Below, piece after piece: positions 37,120-50,037 of a stretch of 64,000 bases of DNA (position 1 is its first letter; each line of letters opens with the position of its first letter). Made by a program: the position numbers and the translations under genes. Below the pieces are notes generated by a model. It was not told the DNA's origin and made no database searches. It was given only the letters and a program-made list of their open reading frames with translations. Origin of the DNA: Balanoglossus misakiensis (lineage: Eukaryota > Animalia > Hemichordata); assembly GCA_040954595.2 (NCBI GenBank), contig CM082592.2, forward strand, positions 4,480,735 through 4,544,734. Reading direction: 5' to 3'.

Positions 37120-40100
37120 CTACAGGGGCATGTTATAGTCACGCGCTCTGTTATAAAACAGTGACACTTCGGCCAGAGTGACGGGCATGTCGTCCGGGTA
37201 ACGTTTGGCTAGTTCCGTGTTGGCCGCGTAGAAATTACTGCGGTAACAGTCGAAGTACCTTCCCACGTCGGAGTGCGTTACTCTGCACGGTTCTGGAGCA
37301 AGTTCCAAACTCTCTGTAAAATGTGTGAAGTAACAAGGTGATACACGCAGCGGTTTTCAAGTTTTTGATGTGGACGGACATACAGACATGCATCCATCCA
37401 TACATACAGACGCAACCGATCCCATAATGTCCCATGGTATAAACCAATGGGACCTAAAAAAAACTATGTTGGATATATAAATGATATAGTGATGGTAATT
37501 GTTGAATAAAAAAGCTGAGATTCGGTGGTGTTGTATTATGTGAATAACCCCATAAAATCACTTACCCTGGGCCGCGTATCGATTTGTGCCGTCTTCCACC
37601 ATGACATTGTAAAAAGGCTGCTTGTCTTTGTGAGGGAGATTGTAGACACCCATCTGCATAATCCACTCCTGTGGCATTTTACATGTGGAGTCCCAGCCAT
37701 ATATTACGCATAAGTAATTATACCTGTGATAAATACAATTATATCATTATTCACCATGCAGATCATTCTCTAAGCAAAATTTGCGGTAAATTATAAATGG
37801 CCACTTTTTTTTAAATTCAGCCATATGTATTTGACAGATCCACATAATTTTTTGTAGGGCATATCAAAAAGTGACGATTACGACAGCTACCTTTTGTGAT
37901 GCATGATCATTCCAACGGAATGCTTCACTTCCGGGTTCTCATCTCGTTTCTTAGCACGGATCTGTTTGGGAAAGAGACCAGGAAATTGAAAATCATATGG
38001 TCATCTCTAATTTACATATGCCTATATATGGTTAAAGTAACACATCCAAGTCTTCAAGTGCTTTTTTTTCCATGAGTGCCAAAAATCTGTGATTGGCTTT
38101 AATTTGGTGACTGTGCACCTTTAATGCAGACTGAACACGATTGTCGTCAATGCAACTGTCAATGATAACAGCTTTAGCACTGAGGTACTGTAATAGCCTG
38201 CACTGATAGCCTAGGACAAGACTGGGTTTTTCAGGGAGTAAACGGTAATCCATAATTGATACACATAATATAAACATTTGTGCAAAAAAACATCAAAAGT
38301 TATGGTTACCGTGCCTTACTGCCAAAAAATAACTGTTCAATCCTCCCAAAGATGCAACAAAAAAATTTAATCTGGAAAAGATACTACCTCGGCTTGTTCG
38401 GCCAACTGGAGAATCGTTTTCCTGGCTGTTGTGAGCATGAACGAGACCCAATCCTGCTGGATCAGTGCGTTCCCTGACAGTGTGCTCAAACTGTCAACGA
38501 CCTGCAGAAATCACCGCACAAAACGAGAAAAAGGGGCTTTTATTATTTACTATTGTCATTACCTCTGCAGTTTGCGAAGCTCGGTTGAGGAGTTCGCGAA
38601 CCCTTGTGCGGTACGACAGATGGGCTATGACGCTTTCCTGCACGGCCGACGTTGTGCTGATGTCTCGCAAATTGATCAGGACCTGTTGTTAGTCAAAATG
38701 TTTGGATGTAAGAATAAAAACAGAAATATCAGTATATGCAGAAGTACTGTAAAACACTTTATTTCCGCGAGCTAAAATTTCCGCGATATCGAGAGAGGCG
38801 ACTGTTTCGCGAGTGTTAATTTTCGCCTTCTCTTATTTCATTCACTGCATCTTTATCTTCAAAAACAATTTACGCGACTTTTTATTTTCACGCTATTTTT
38901 GCTCTCGCGTATTTCGCCAAAATTTATTGCTCGCGAAAATAAAGTGTTTTACAGTATATGCTTTTTTGCTTAGAAGTATTGAGTTATTGCAAGATTTACA
39001 GATTATCCACTTGTGTGATTTACCGTACGACACAGGATTGGAAAAAATCCACTGCTTTTCTCGTAATTTTACTGGATTTAAAAGGAATATAGTGTAGGAT
39101 TTGGAAAACTCACTGTTTCCCTCACATTTTTACTTGGCATTAAAACACCGACTGCAAATTTTGACAGCTAGGATTTTTTAAATATCATCTTCAAAAAGTC
39201 AAATGATGTATTGTATATTGTATAAACATGTATTCAGTAAGTAAATGATTAAAATGTTTGAGGTGATAGAAACTCACCTCTTGCAGGTTTATATTGAGAT
39301 GGAGGTAGACCCTGGCTTGCAGTAGTTTGATTTCAATATCATCTGGACAGAGTACAAGGTACAGTTCCAAGGCATTTCTCAAACCACTGTGAAAAAGAAA
39401 ACAAAACGGAAAGTTTCCATGGTTACATGCGACCACTGGGTGAACACAAGAAGAGGCCAGGTGATTATTAGTGATGTGGTTTAATTAAACCATATTTTGG
39501 TTCAATCTTATTGTTTTCAGTAGAGTGGATTTGGCCATAGTCGCTTATGAAAACATTATATTGTAAAAACAGTACACAATATGAATTCCACTGTACTTTT
39601 TCTATTCACTATAAATGTCAGAAATCATGCACTTTTTTTCCTGATCAAGACAAACAATAGAAATTCTGCATGATTTTTAGATTTTCGAGTAAGAGACTCC
39701 CACCTGTTGTCATCGCGGGCTGGATTGATCCGCAGTAAATTGGAAGCCATGCGCACAAACACCTGCTTGGCTGTGCAGCTGTTGAAATAGTGACTGGTGG
39801 TGGAGGCCACAGCCGGCGAGATCTCCAAGCACTGGTGTGCGTGTAATGACTGACCCTTGTTGAACACGTCAATGTAAATGTAATCATCAGCAGTCCTTGT
39901 CTTCGTTGAACCACTGAAGATCATGAAATGAGAAAAACAAATATTCATTTTCCATAAAACTAGTAATAGTTTTATTAGGCCGATACAAATATGTGTGGTT
40001 CCAATAACATGCTTGAAAAGGCAGTCACTTACCATGGACCCATGTGTAACCTCATGAGGAAATGATTGGGGAAGTTGACCGGCTCTAAGGTAACTCCTAA

Positions 40101-42957
40101 TCTCTTGGCTATTGCTGCGTATAAAATTGACAAGCTAATCGGGATTCCAGTTTTCCTCTCTAGAACCTGAAAAGAAAAATCCACACAAGATCTGTTTTCA
40201 CATTTGTTTTAGTATGTTATATAATGGAATAAAACATGTACTGAAATGAGTTGCTGAACTGCTGACGTCTGAAATGTTACAGCGCCCTCTATGGTCGAGG
40301 TACTCGGTATTTGTTTTTCCGTGGCAGATTTTAAAAGGCAATACACAAGTACATGTACTTACTTTATCAATGTATGAATTCAACTTGTCATAGTAGTCTT
40401 TTTCATTCCCCTTGAAACCTTCCTGTCTAAATAACACTGTATTTAAACATTCTATGATTTGACGCCGCTGATCAGGACTCAATTCCACCCTGCAAGGGAC
40501 TGGAAAATTACAGGATGTTAAGAATTTACCTGTGTGTGTGTGTGTGTGCATGTGTCTGTGTGTGTGTGTGTGTGTATGTTTTTGGGTGCATGTATGCATG
40601 CATGAAAACACACACCACAACATGCAAGTCAATGCACATAAAATTTGGGCATGATTGATTACCCGTATTACATCTGGTCACATGCTGAGTTCGTCAGCAA
40701 TTTACCACATGAAAGGCTATTTTAAATATCATTGACTACTGATAAGCCGATACACAACTTACTCTGTTGACTGCACACTACGTGGTCAGGGTGTCTCTTT
40801 CGTAGATCCTCTTGAACCTTGAGTGACAGGTCATCGATTTCAGAAATAATCGTTTTCTGGCATATCTGTTCAGCCGGTTGGCACCACTGGGCCAACATGA
40901 TGGCACCTGGGAGAAATTTATGGTGGGAGAGTTAATCATTTACACATCCCTGTAGTTCTAGTTCTTCTGCTTCTTTAACTAGCCACCCTCATCAAATTGA
41001 AGATTTCGCTAGAATTATTTTGTTTCTCTTCTCTTCTCTTCAAATTTCAACAAAGATGCAAAGGATTCCCAATGAGTGGATCGGAAATCATCTATTGTTG
41101 GCTGATTGTTATGCAAGGAGGAAAAGCAACTGAGTCAAGGTTCTGTGGCAAGCTGCCATTTCAGCATACATGCTGGAAAATGCAGCCGGTCAGAAAAGGC
41201 ACCATAGCCGACTGTGTCTGCCAACTTCAAGTTCTTATAAATGTACACCTATGACTTTGCCATACCTTTTTCAAGAGACTGCTCTTCATCCGGTTGTGAT
41301 ATGAATTCCTTCCATGGTCCGATTGAAAGGTAATGCTGTACATACCGAATGGCTTTCTCCGCATAGTATTTTTTCGTCAGTTGAGCATTTCTAAAACGAA
41401 ATGGAGTGAATTACATGTTTCCAAAGTCGTGTGAACGCCAGATGTTTTTTAAAATAAAAATAACAGATTGTTGGCATTGTTTCATAAGGTTACAGTATGT
41501 CTTTTCGTGGACTGAACGACACCATTTGGATAAACTTCACTCACTCGTTTTCATCGTGAATGATGGCCAAGAGTTCATCCTGGATGAAGCTGTTGTGGAA
41601 GAAGTCATCTTTCAGCAACATCTCCTTCAAACCTGCAAAGCCCTCGTTGGAGACGTCGTCAAGGTGATAGTAGAGGGGCGACAGTCCCATCACCAAGCTC
41701 TGGACGACTCTTCCAACTTCGAGCCTCAGTTTGAAGAGGTCAAGCCAGCTCTGTTTGAGGTCATTCTGCAGAGTGTCATTCAAACTTGGCCACCTATGAA
41801 AAATGACCAAAAAGATGTATGACAGAGAAATTGTAGTAATACATACCAATGTACCAAGTACTTAATCCTAAACTAAAAGAAATTACACAATAGGATTTTT
41901 TCACAATTATACCTCTCCTGAAACAAAATTGTTAACTTTTCGCTTTTTCAAGTGACCTCTTATTATTAAGTTAATAATTAAACAAATAAGACCAATAATT
42001 AAACAATGCACATAGGCAATGTTTGTTGGCACTCATGAAATTGATAACTTTTACTGTTTCAGGTGACCTCTTATTAATAAGTTAATAATTAAACAAAAAA
42101 GGCATATATCAGTACACATGATCTTGGACTTCAGTGGACTTCCACTATTGCCAAAAATAAGTTTGAGAATATAAATGTTCATACAGTCCCTTGCAGAGGA
42201 CAATTGTCTGTGACAGGCATATTAACTTTCGCTGAGCAAAATGGATCGTGTTTAAGAAACATTTGTGACTCAAAGAAAGTTTGACACGTGACAGTAAACA
42301 AAGATATATGATCATCTCATGCGAAATGACCTTCAAGGCGTATCAATGGCCAGCTTTCCTAAACGATTTTCTAAACCGAAACCAGTGTCTTACTTCTCCA
42401 AAGTATCCATGTCGTGGCATCTTAAAGTTCATTCTTTGTATGCGCACCAGTGACTAAATGAAATAGTTTATAAAAACTGCCATATTTTGGAAACGGTGGC
42501 AATTGGCATCATTACAATACATGTGTGTTGTGCAATTAATTTCGTAATTCCAGAAATGTAAACAACACATTCAGCTAAAAGTTGATTTCGCGTTTGAACT
42601 TTGATGTTGACAAAAATGTTCAGCATTCAAGTAATCTCTGTTTCGGTTTGTGGAATGCAGTTTTTGTACACCCATCACGTTGTGCTGGCTTACTATTACA
42701 TGTAATGATGTACTTCATCATCGTTGAACTTGAATCATTGATGTGAGTACAATATTGGATTCTGACCTCTGCAAAAGCTTTCGTTTCCACAGTTCCTGGC
42801 TGGATGATATCGCTTGAAACCTGGTACAAGTTGAAGAAAACGACACAACATCTACGCAGTCCAGCTGGGTGTCGCATAAAATAAACTCGATCAATTCGTC
42901 AGCCAAGAAATGCAACGGACTGAGGTCTCTCACTGCGTCCACTTCGTCTTCCATCAT
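37120..42957 (-). CDS. FBXO21: F-box only protein 21; exons 42957-42767, 41793-41545, 41390-41266, 40906-40763, 40489-40363, 40166-40033, 39913-39704, 39386-39278, 38682-38563 and/or 38501-38388, 37961-37891, 37723-37566, 37313-37120
   Basis: N-terminal F-box (LHFLADELIEFIL...VVSFSSTCTRF...LWKRK). SirB1/transglutaminase-like core (GFKGNEKDYYDKLNSYIDKVLERKTGIPISLSILYAAIAKRLGVTLEPVNFPNHFL). C-terminal YccV-like domain (SVGMIMHHKRYNYLCVIYGWD, QPFYNVMVEDGTNRYAAQE, VGRYF, LAKRYPDD). Confidence 0.93.
38000..38124. mobile_element. Partial copy of the Kolobok-like MITE in an FBXO21 intron
   Basis: TCATCTCTAATTTACATATGCCTATATATGG...GTGATTGGCT...GGTGACTGTGCACCTTTAA. Confidence 0.55.
38745..38956. mobile_element. 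Tc1/mariner-like MITE (TA-flanked, ~27-bp inverted ends)
   Basis: TACTGTAAAACACTTTATTTCCGCGAGC ... GCTCGCGAAAATAAAGTGTTTTACAGTA. Confidence 0.75.
40531..40575. repeat. (TG)n microsatellite
   Basis: Read directly from the sequence. Confidence 0.9.
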
Positions 42958-43181
42958 TCTCGCTCTGAGCTGAGGTTATGTACATAACATGACCTTTGAC
43001 ACGAATGCGAATTTTATGTAATGCAAAGTACATATCTTTGCTTTCCTGCAAAAAATATCATGTATACACAAATGAAAACTATTTTAGACCTTACGTATTA
43101 TACAAACGCGACACGCAAGGGACAAATATTTCATGTTCCACACTTTACGAACACACGGTTTGCAAATGCAGTCGTGTTCAA

Positions 43182-43213
43182 GTCACGTGACGTAAACATA
43201 CCAAAATGGCCGC
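43182..43213. promoter_or_regulatory. Motif cluster in the FBXO21/TMEM17 bidirectional promoter
   Basis: Palindromic GTCACGTGAC (E-box/CLEAR type, 43182-43191), GTAAACA (forkhead, 43192-43198), and AAAATGGCCGCC (YY1-like) overlapping the TMEM17 ATG. Confidence 0.55.
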
Positions 43214-44723
43214 CGACATTGCCAAACAGAAGTTTACCTCTTTTGCAGAATATGTGTTCCCTGGCATAACAGTTATCGACCACAGACAAAAACATGCGAT
43301 CAAACCAGGTAAGCTTGGTGTTCTGATTGGGAATCTGCGATAGCCCAATTACTGGAGTCACTGGAATCCAAACACGGGACTGTCAGTTCAGGATGTACAG
43401 GCAACTTACCGTACCAACGTACATATACTGCCATCACCGACAAGTTTTCACAATACAGTGAAATTCACTTGGCAACAGTTTCTTGACAACCGTGATCCAG
43501 AGGGAAGCATAAGCCCCGCAGTTTTAAAAAAAATGCGAAAATAATTATATGGTGAGCTGTCAGGGAATAAATTGTATCACATCTGTCACTTCATGAGTTT
43601 CAAATGTGATAATGACATGTGTAACATTTAAATTTTAAAACTTATTTTACAGGGAATGAAATCGTGTCAAATCTGCCACTCCAAATGAGTCTGTATTTCA
43701 ATGCCTTCTACTTTCCATTATGGCTTGTCACATGTATTGTGATGTACCAGCTCAAGGTGAGAGAAAAATAAAAAAGATACTGAATGATCTGTAATTTGAT
43801 GTACAATGTTCATTTTTTCAGTTGCATTGCTTGCAGTAATGTGGCTGTAGGTTTTGCCTTGAATTGGGAGTTGGTTGGCCAAACTGAAACTAAAAGACCT
43901 TATCTGAAAGTGCACAGCCTGGTTGGTGGAATTCTGTCCTGTTTATATTGGGTATCTGTCGAAATGCCCACATCAGCAAATATGGGCCTCTATTCTTCCC
44001 ATTCACCAGTGATGACTGTGTCATTTACAGTGACTCTTTTTCCTTTGTTTTCTTGTAGTTTCACTATCTGAATGAATTCTACAAGTTTATACTACTCACT
44101 GTGTTCATCGTGATGACATTTATTGAAATAATCAGACTCTACTTGGGCTATAAAGGCAATCTCATGGAAAAGGTAAGTTATTCCTATTAAAGGAATCAAA
44201 TTCGTATTTCATCAATGTATTCAATTTCCCAGTCATTGCAACACTCTCACTAAGATTTTATCCCTGGCATTCACTTTTTCTCACACAGTTAACTTCTGTT
44301 TTTGTGTCTGTGTTAAAGTTTGTATTAATGGATTTTCTATTTCATTCACCCTCCATGAAAAGATTTTTTTATATGCATTAAAAGTTTGCAACCTGCATCC
44401 ATCAGCCATGATCTTCTGTTTTGTTGTTGTCCCCCCTCCAGGTACCAGAGCTTGCTGGGTTTTGGCTGTTGACTCTAGTGATCCAACTCCCCCTGAGCAT
44501 CTTCCTGGTCGGCAACACAGGGTCCTATGTTTTACCTGTAGAGTACTCCGTCCACATAGTATTAATCACGTTTATTGCTGTCGAGATTGTAGCTGGCTTT
44601 GTGGCCATCAGAGTCATGGCTGACCATCAGATGACCAAGTTCCACCTACAACAGTTTGACGATCTTCAAGAAATTGAAGACAACACATACTTGCTTCAGC
44701 CAAGGCTGGAATCAAAAGCATAA
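43206..44723 (+). CDS. TMEM17: Transmembrane protein 17 (ciliary transition zone), ~200 aa; exons 43206-43308, 43653-43756, 44059-44172, 44442-44723
   Basis: 603 nt in frame. Motifs GNEIVSNLPLQMSLYFNAFYFPLW, IEIIRLYLGYKGNLMEKVPELAGFWLLTLVIQLPL and MADHQMTKFHLQQF. Confidence 0.93.
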
Positions 44724-46511
44724 CGTTTCTTAATGTGGTATATGATTGATTTCAAGGTGATGGTGAAGGGTGGTAAAGGGGGACACTGTCCATGTGTATG
44801 TTATGATTCTGTAAGTAACCAATGAGGCTTACATTGTACCCATACAGTATGTCACGTTTGTGAATTTGTAAATATTTTTTTTTGCGCATATTAGGACAGT
44901 GACTCTGATCATCATTTTCAATATCTTTCTGAACCACTTTACGTTGTATAATATTAATAAGGAAGAAAACAATTTTAGGGGGGACTACAATTGTTAGAAA
45001 ACAGATCAGCATATATTTTTATAGAATAAAGTACTGTAATCACTCAGAACTGTTTATTGTATTGATATTCCTTGATTTTATTTTGATGACGTCATCAGGA
45101 GAAGGGACAATATTGGCTCAAGTTCTGTTCAAGAAAAAAAAAATTGAGAAAGTTATTTTGTAAGAGAAGAAATGATTAGTGCTTCTAAACATTGTTTGGA
45201 GACTTCTGGTATATGGGAATCAGCATGTAATGTTATCCTTAGAGGGAAACAATGAAATGCACATTTTTCAATTCTTAATGCTTCGTTGATCTGTAGTAAT
45301 TTGCATGAATATGTGCATTGATTTTCTTGACTTCTGTAAATAGTGCACCTCGCTGGGTGGGTGGAGATGGGTGCTATATATATTTATAATGTTCCTTATG
45401 TGAGCATTTTAATTTAATTCCAATGAGATTTATTCAGTGTATTATATTTAATTAAAACCTTTTTTTAGAGTACTGTACCATTAAAGCGATCCAGTTTGTA
45501 TAATGAAAGGAAAATTTCTTAATGAAATAAAACTTTTCAGAACATAATGACAAGACACTTTTTTATTTTCCCATTTATTCCAATATTTACAAATAGGTAA
45601 TACTAGTACATTACTACACTATATACGTAAAGCCAAAGCAGTAAATGACATCCCTTGATAAAAAGTAACAATTCGTGGACCACCAGTCTTGCAAACTCTC
45701 ATGCCTAGCAGTTTTTTTTCATATTAAAGTACCTAACAAAAAAGGCTTTCAGTTGACGTAAATACCCAAATTATATGAAATTTCCCTTGCATGAAATATC
45801 TGATTCCTTTTAAACCATTATAAAATAATCACCCATATTTGCATTAATTACTAAAACAGCATTGAAGGATTTCCTAATAATTCAAAATTACTGAGAAACC
45901 TGATGTTATGACAATTGATTTGCTACACAATCAACATTGATGATAAAGACCCCGCTTTGAAACACAAGTGTAGCAAATTTCAGTTTCACTTTAATAATTC
46001 AACAGCAAAATTCTGCACTAGTTGTTCATGCATGGCACCACTGATATCAGGTCAAAGGTCACTTGCCTCACAAACGGCACCAATGTGACCAATATTCTAT
46101 TAAAATTAATAGGAAACATGCAAGTATTTCGTAGGTCACTGCTGTTGCATATCAATGTGAGCCCTGGAAAAATTTCTGTAATATACCCGACAGCTAGTCG
46201 ATTTGCATGCAAATCCCCCATTGTACCCTTCGAAACATTTTTGCCAGAGCTTCAGAAAATATCATCTTCTACGAAAGTTCATCCTAACACATGCAAAAGT
46301 TCAAAAATTAAATACTAGGGCATGCGGATAACCTACAAAACTGAAATAACTTAAATTATAATGAACAGATTTTTGCGCAGGACATTTTTTAAACTTCAAA
46401 ACTGTGAGGGGATGGGAATGCAGCTGAAATAAGTTGTGTCTACACACTGGTATTACATGGCCTGGAATGATGGAATAGACACTCTTTGGAATGGACGACA
46501 TGCTAATTTTT

Positions 46512-46610
46512 ACAACCCTTTCACCCCCATTTCCTGTGTGCAGGTCCACATTTACCACTGAATAACAATGTGATTGGAGAGGACCAAACTATGGTGATGA
46601 AAACGTTGAA
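46512..46610 (+). mobile_element. piggyBac-type MITE, diverged copy (probable CASP 3' UTR)
   Basis: AACCCTTTCACCCCC...GGTCCAC...AACAATG...ATGGTGATGAAAACGTT. Confidence 0.55.
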
Positions 46611-47003
46611 TGAAAGTGCAACAATTGGGTACTACGTCACAGTACGCATAGTTTTATACGGAGCGAAAATTCTCTCTGATAAAGTCAGATTTATTTGTTT
46701 TTCAGAGTTTAGTGGTTGGCGTCTGTCCCCACAGTGGCTGGAGTGGTGACTCCAATGCCCTTACCCATTCAAACAAATGTACCCTACATCAGAAGCCTTG
46801 GAATGATCGTGAATAGCTCTAAACAAAGGGCCATTACATTTGGCTGCAAACTGTAGGGGTGGGTGGAGGGAGGGTGCCGCATGTCAGACTCCACCACTGC
46901 AGAAGACGGGGGCAAAACCATGGACTTCCACCACCATGCTGCGTGTTGCACATTCCCAGATCTGGTATTCAAGTCTATTGTCCGCATCCACATGTAATTA
47001 ATG

Positions 47004-49583
47004 CTAGGCGTCTGGAAATTCATCATGGAACTCCTTCATATGTTCAGCAAATCTGCAGAAAGTAGACAGAAATTAGGTTACTTAATTTCTGCTTTTAGAC
47101 CTTTTGGTGACCTTTGACATTATTGGGAAGTTTTCTGAGCCAGTTCACCCCCAGTTCCCTCTGTAGAGGTCCAACTGTACCATAGAACACAATGGGTTTG
47201 GACTGAACCATGGTCAGTGAAAGGGTTAAGAGTAAAGTCCAGCTTACCTCTGAGCACAGTCTGAGAACATGTCTCTTTTACAAGCTGCCGTGTGAGCCAA
47301 CTTATAGAGAACCAGGAACACAAGACAGTGTAGGAAGATGGTGTAGAAGAATGCTATGGTACGGGCGATCTTATTGGACAAGATGAACCGGCCCTGTGAA
47401 AATGAAATGAACACAATTGGCATATAATTAAAGAGTGTTTTGAAACACTTTTATTTTGAATTTTGCAAGTTGACCCCACTCTGACAAACAGATCGATGCA
47501 AGAAGTCGACCAGCTGTCACTATTAAGAATAAATTTAATCAGTTTTCATTATCAGTTTTAGGAGCATCTGAAAACAATAATAATATCAACAGAGACCAAA
47601 GCAATATAGTGTGTATAAATATCATTGATGTTTTTAATAATATAAAAATATAGTTTTTGACTGAGTACTTACCATACTGAGAGTTGCTTTATCATGGGGA
47701 CTGAGGTTCATGTATTTACGTTGTCTTTCCTTTCGCCCGAATGACGAGAATGGATCGAGTTTCTCTTCGTACTGAGATGAGTAGCGACTTTCTGTTCCAT
47801 CATCCGGCCTGGCTGAACCCTGCATGGTGAAATTACAGATATCTGTGAGTGTAGTTGTATGCTTGCAAAAACTAGCTGTGCATCGTGTATCACACAGGAT
47901 ATGACAGATCCTGGTTTCCCAAAATCTGAGACGGTATGTGATGTGAGGATAGAGAGACAGGCTCTTAAGGCCGATTCTTGATTACAACACAATGTCTGCT
48001 CATCTGCTAATTCCACAATTTATTTCCCCATGGTCACTCCACATGCTTACCCTGTAACTTTGAAGGAACTTAATCTTCTCGTAGAGTTTGACATTGTCCG
48101 ATCTGACAGAGTCCACTTCGTTCTGTAGTACTTGTATTTGTTGTTGCTGTTGATGGTTTTCCTAAGTAGTAGTGAGAAGAGAGAATTTATGAGTGAGAAT
48201 TAAGTTTTTTGCATCATATTTTATAACACAAGTTCATTCTTGGGCCAACTGTGTAGTACTGCCAATGTGTTAATCATAACATATGTTACACCATGAAATT
48301 AAACATACAACAGACATAACACAAACAAATCATATAAAAGTAAGCTTTTCTCTGCCATTTTAAAGACTTCTCATATTTAAGAAAATATCAACATTATAGT
48401 GAATGGCATATTATGACCAAATGTCTTGGCAGTGGCGGTCAGGATCATACAACACATGTACTTGAATTTCTGTGATGAATGAAAAGAGCTGAAAACTTAC
48501 CCCTTCCAGTTCCTGATTTCTGACCCGGAATCTCTCTCTCTGACTTGAAATGATTGGCAGCAAGGATTCTGAAGTACCAGCGCTGGCTTCAACCATTGGA
48601 CGTGCTGTGAAAGGGAAGGGGTAATTTTAGGAAGCTGAGATACAGTGTTTCACATAGACAGGGTGGATAGGGAGTGTCACACTCTCACTGTTTTTCAGGA
48701 GCCATGGGTTGTGTTTTTCATAGAAACTGTAGTTCACTGCAGCACAGGTGGCAAAATCTCTTTTCAATTAAGGAGTAAAGTTAATTCTTCTGGAAGTGGT
48801 TTCAAATTCTGAGATTCTCCAGGCAGGGCTGATTTTTATTTTGTGATTTATTATGTACATGTTCAGTGAAATGCAAAGAAATGAATCAAAGTGTTCTTTG
48901 ACCCTTGACTCATGACCTACCAAGAACAGAAGATTCTCTGACTGCATCAGCCACTAACTCTGTGGATATAGCTGGTTGGGCTTGACCCTGTATCACGTGA
49001 ACAAAAAGGGGAAAAAATATAGGCACGAGAGTTTAAACACATTTTGATGTCATAATAATTTAAATATTTCAAACAAGGATTCCAAAACTGTCCCACAGTC
49101 ATTGATTTGTGAGATGTCTAAACAAATACATGAACAAGATACATTGACAGTTTTATTCATCACTTTCACTAGAGATCAATGTCAAATTTCTATTACTCTC
49201 ATGCTAACTGTAGTTGACTTATCACTCAAGCCACTTTTTGTAGGTGTTACCCCAGTCTTTACACAATACAAGTAACATCCCCTTTGTCCTTCGAACGAAC
49301 CCCCCATAGCATTAATCCACCAATCCTCCCACTCCTACATTCAGCAAATGTACCCCTCAATATACCCACTTATATAAAGTCCAACCACCCACACATCCCC
49401 CTCCCCACCACCTCCTTTCCGGAAAAACGTTCACCAGTCCACTTACCTCACCCTCTCCTCTGTAAACAGTGGACAAGGCTTGCACATTCAAGAGATCTTT
49501 CTCCAACGTGTTGATCAGTTCCTTCTGTTCTTGCAAGGACCTGATCGAGTCACTGTAATCCTTTTGTAAGTTTTCATTCCGCT
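47004..49583 (-). CDS. CUX1: CASP (golgin) isoform-specific 3' exons of the CUX1/CASP locus: 49583-49447, 48987-48921, 48604-48501, 48161-48051, 47819-47673, 47393-47248, 47052-47004
   Basis: CASP C-terminal motifs SLLPIISSQRERFRVRNQELE, VRSDNVKLYEKIKFLQSY and RYSSQYEEKLDPFSSF. Tail-anchor TM IAFFYTIFLHCLVFLVLY with the Tyr/His typical of CASP. Ends FAEHMKEFH. The first exon is phase 1, matching the shared exon ending at 58167. Confidence 0.92.
47143..47229 (+). mobile_element. piggyBac-type MITE copy in the last CASP intron
   Basis: TTCACCCCCAGTTCCC...AGAGGTCCAAC...CAATGGGTTTGGACTGAACCATGG...GAAAGGGTTAA. Confidence 0.7.
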
Positions 49584-49704
49584 CTGAAAATTGCAGACAA
49601 ATAAAAGTTATTTCCTGGAACAAAGCTTGCTACCTCAGTTGCAGATTGGGTTATATCCCGTTTTTTTTTTTCATGCCATGGTCTCCATAGGGCCATTTTC
49701 TTAC

Positions 49705-50037
49705 AGGCCGATGATCATCTGATGTGCATGTGCGCAATTTCATGTGTACATACATTACATCCAATCCAAATGTTCTGCAAATTTGTCATTTGACGCATTC
49801 AAATAGTGGACTTCCATATTTGATTTCATGTGTATCTTATAAGTAGACTTTAGTTTTATCCCTTCTTTTCACACAATTTGCTGTCTTTTCCCGATCTCCG
49901 ACACAGACTATGGTCGCCGCCATCTTGTCTGTTGTTAGGACTGCACACACTGCCTTATGGCACTGACTGTATACAATTTTTGTAACCAGAGTCTCTGCTT
50001 TTGGCACATGCACATCACATAAGACAATCGTTGCCCT
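49705..50037. mobile_element. Second copy of the ~337-bp MITE
   Basis: Collinear with 25684-26020 (TCCAATCC..ATGTTCTGCAAATTT..CATTCAAATAGTGGAC..CAATTTGCTGTCTTTT). Confidence 0.78.

Noticed and set aside
41930-42105. Two-copy degenerate duplication in FBXO21 intron 1 (similar case at ~39035-39145)
   Set aside because: Ordinary local duplications with no coding or structural signal.
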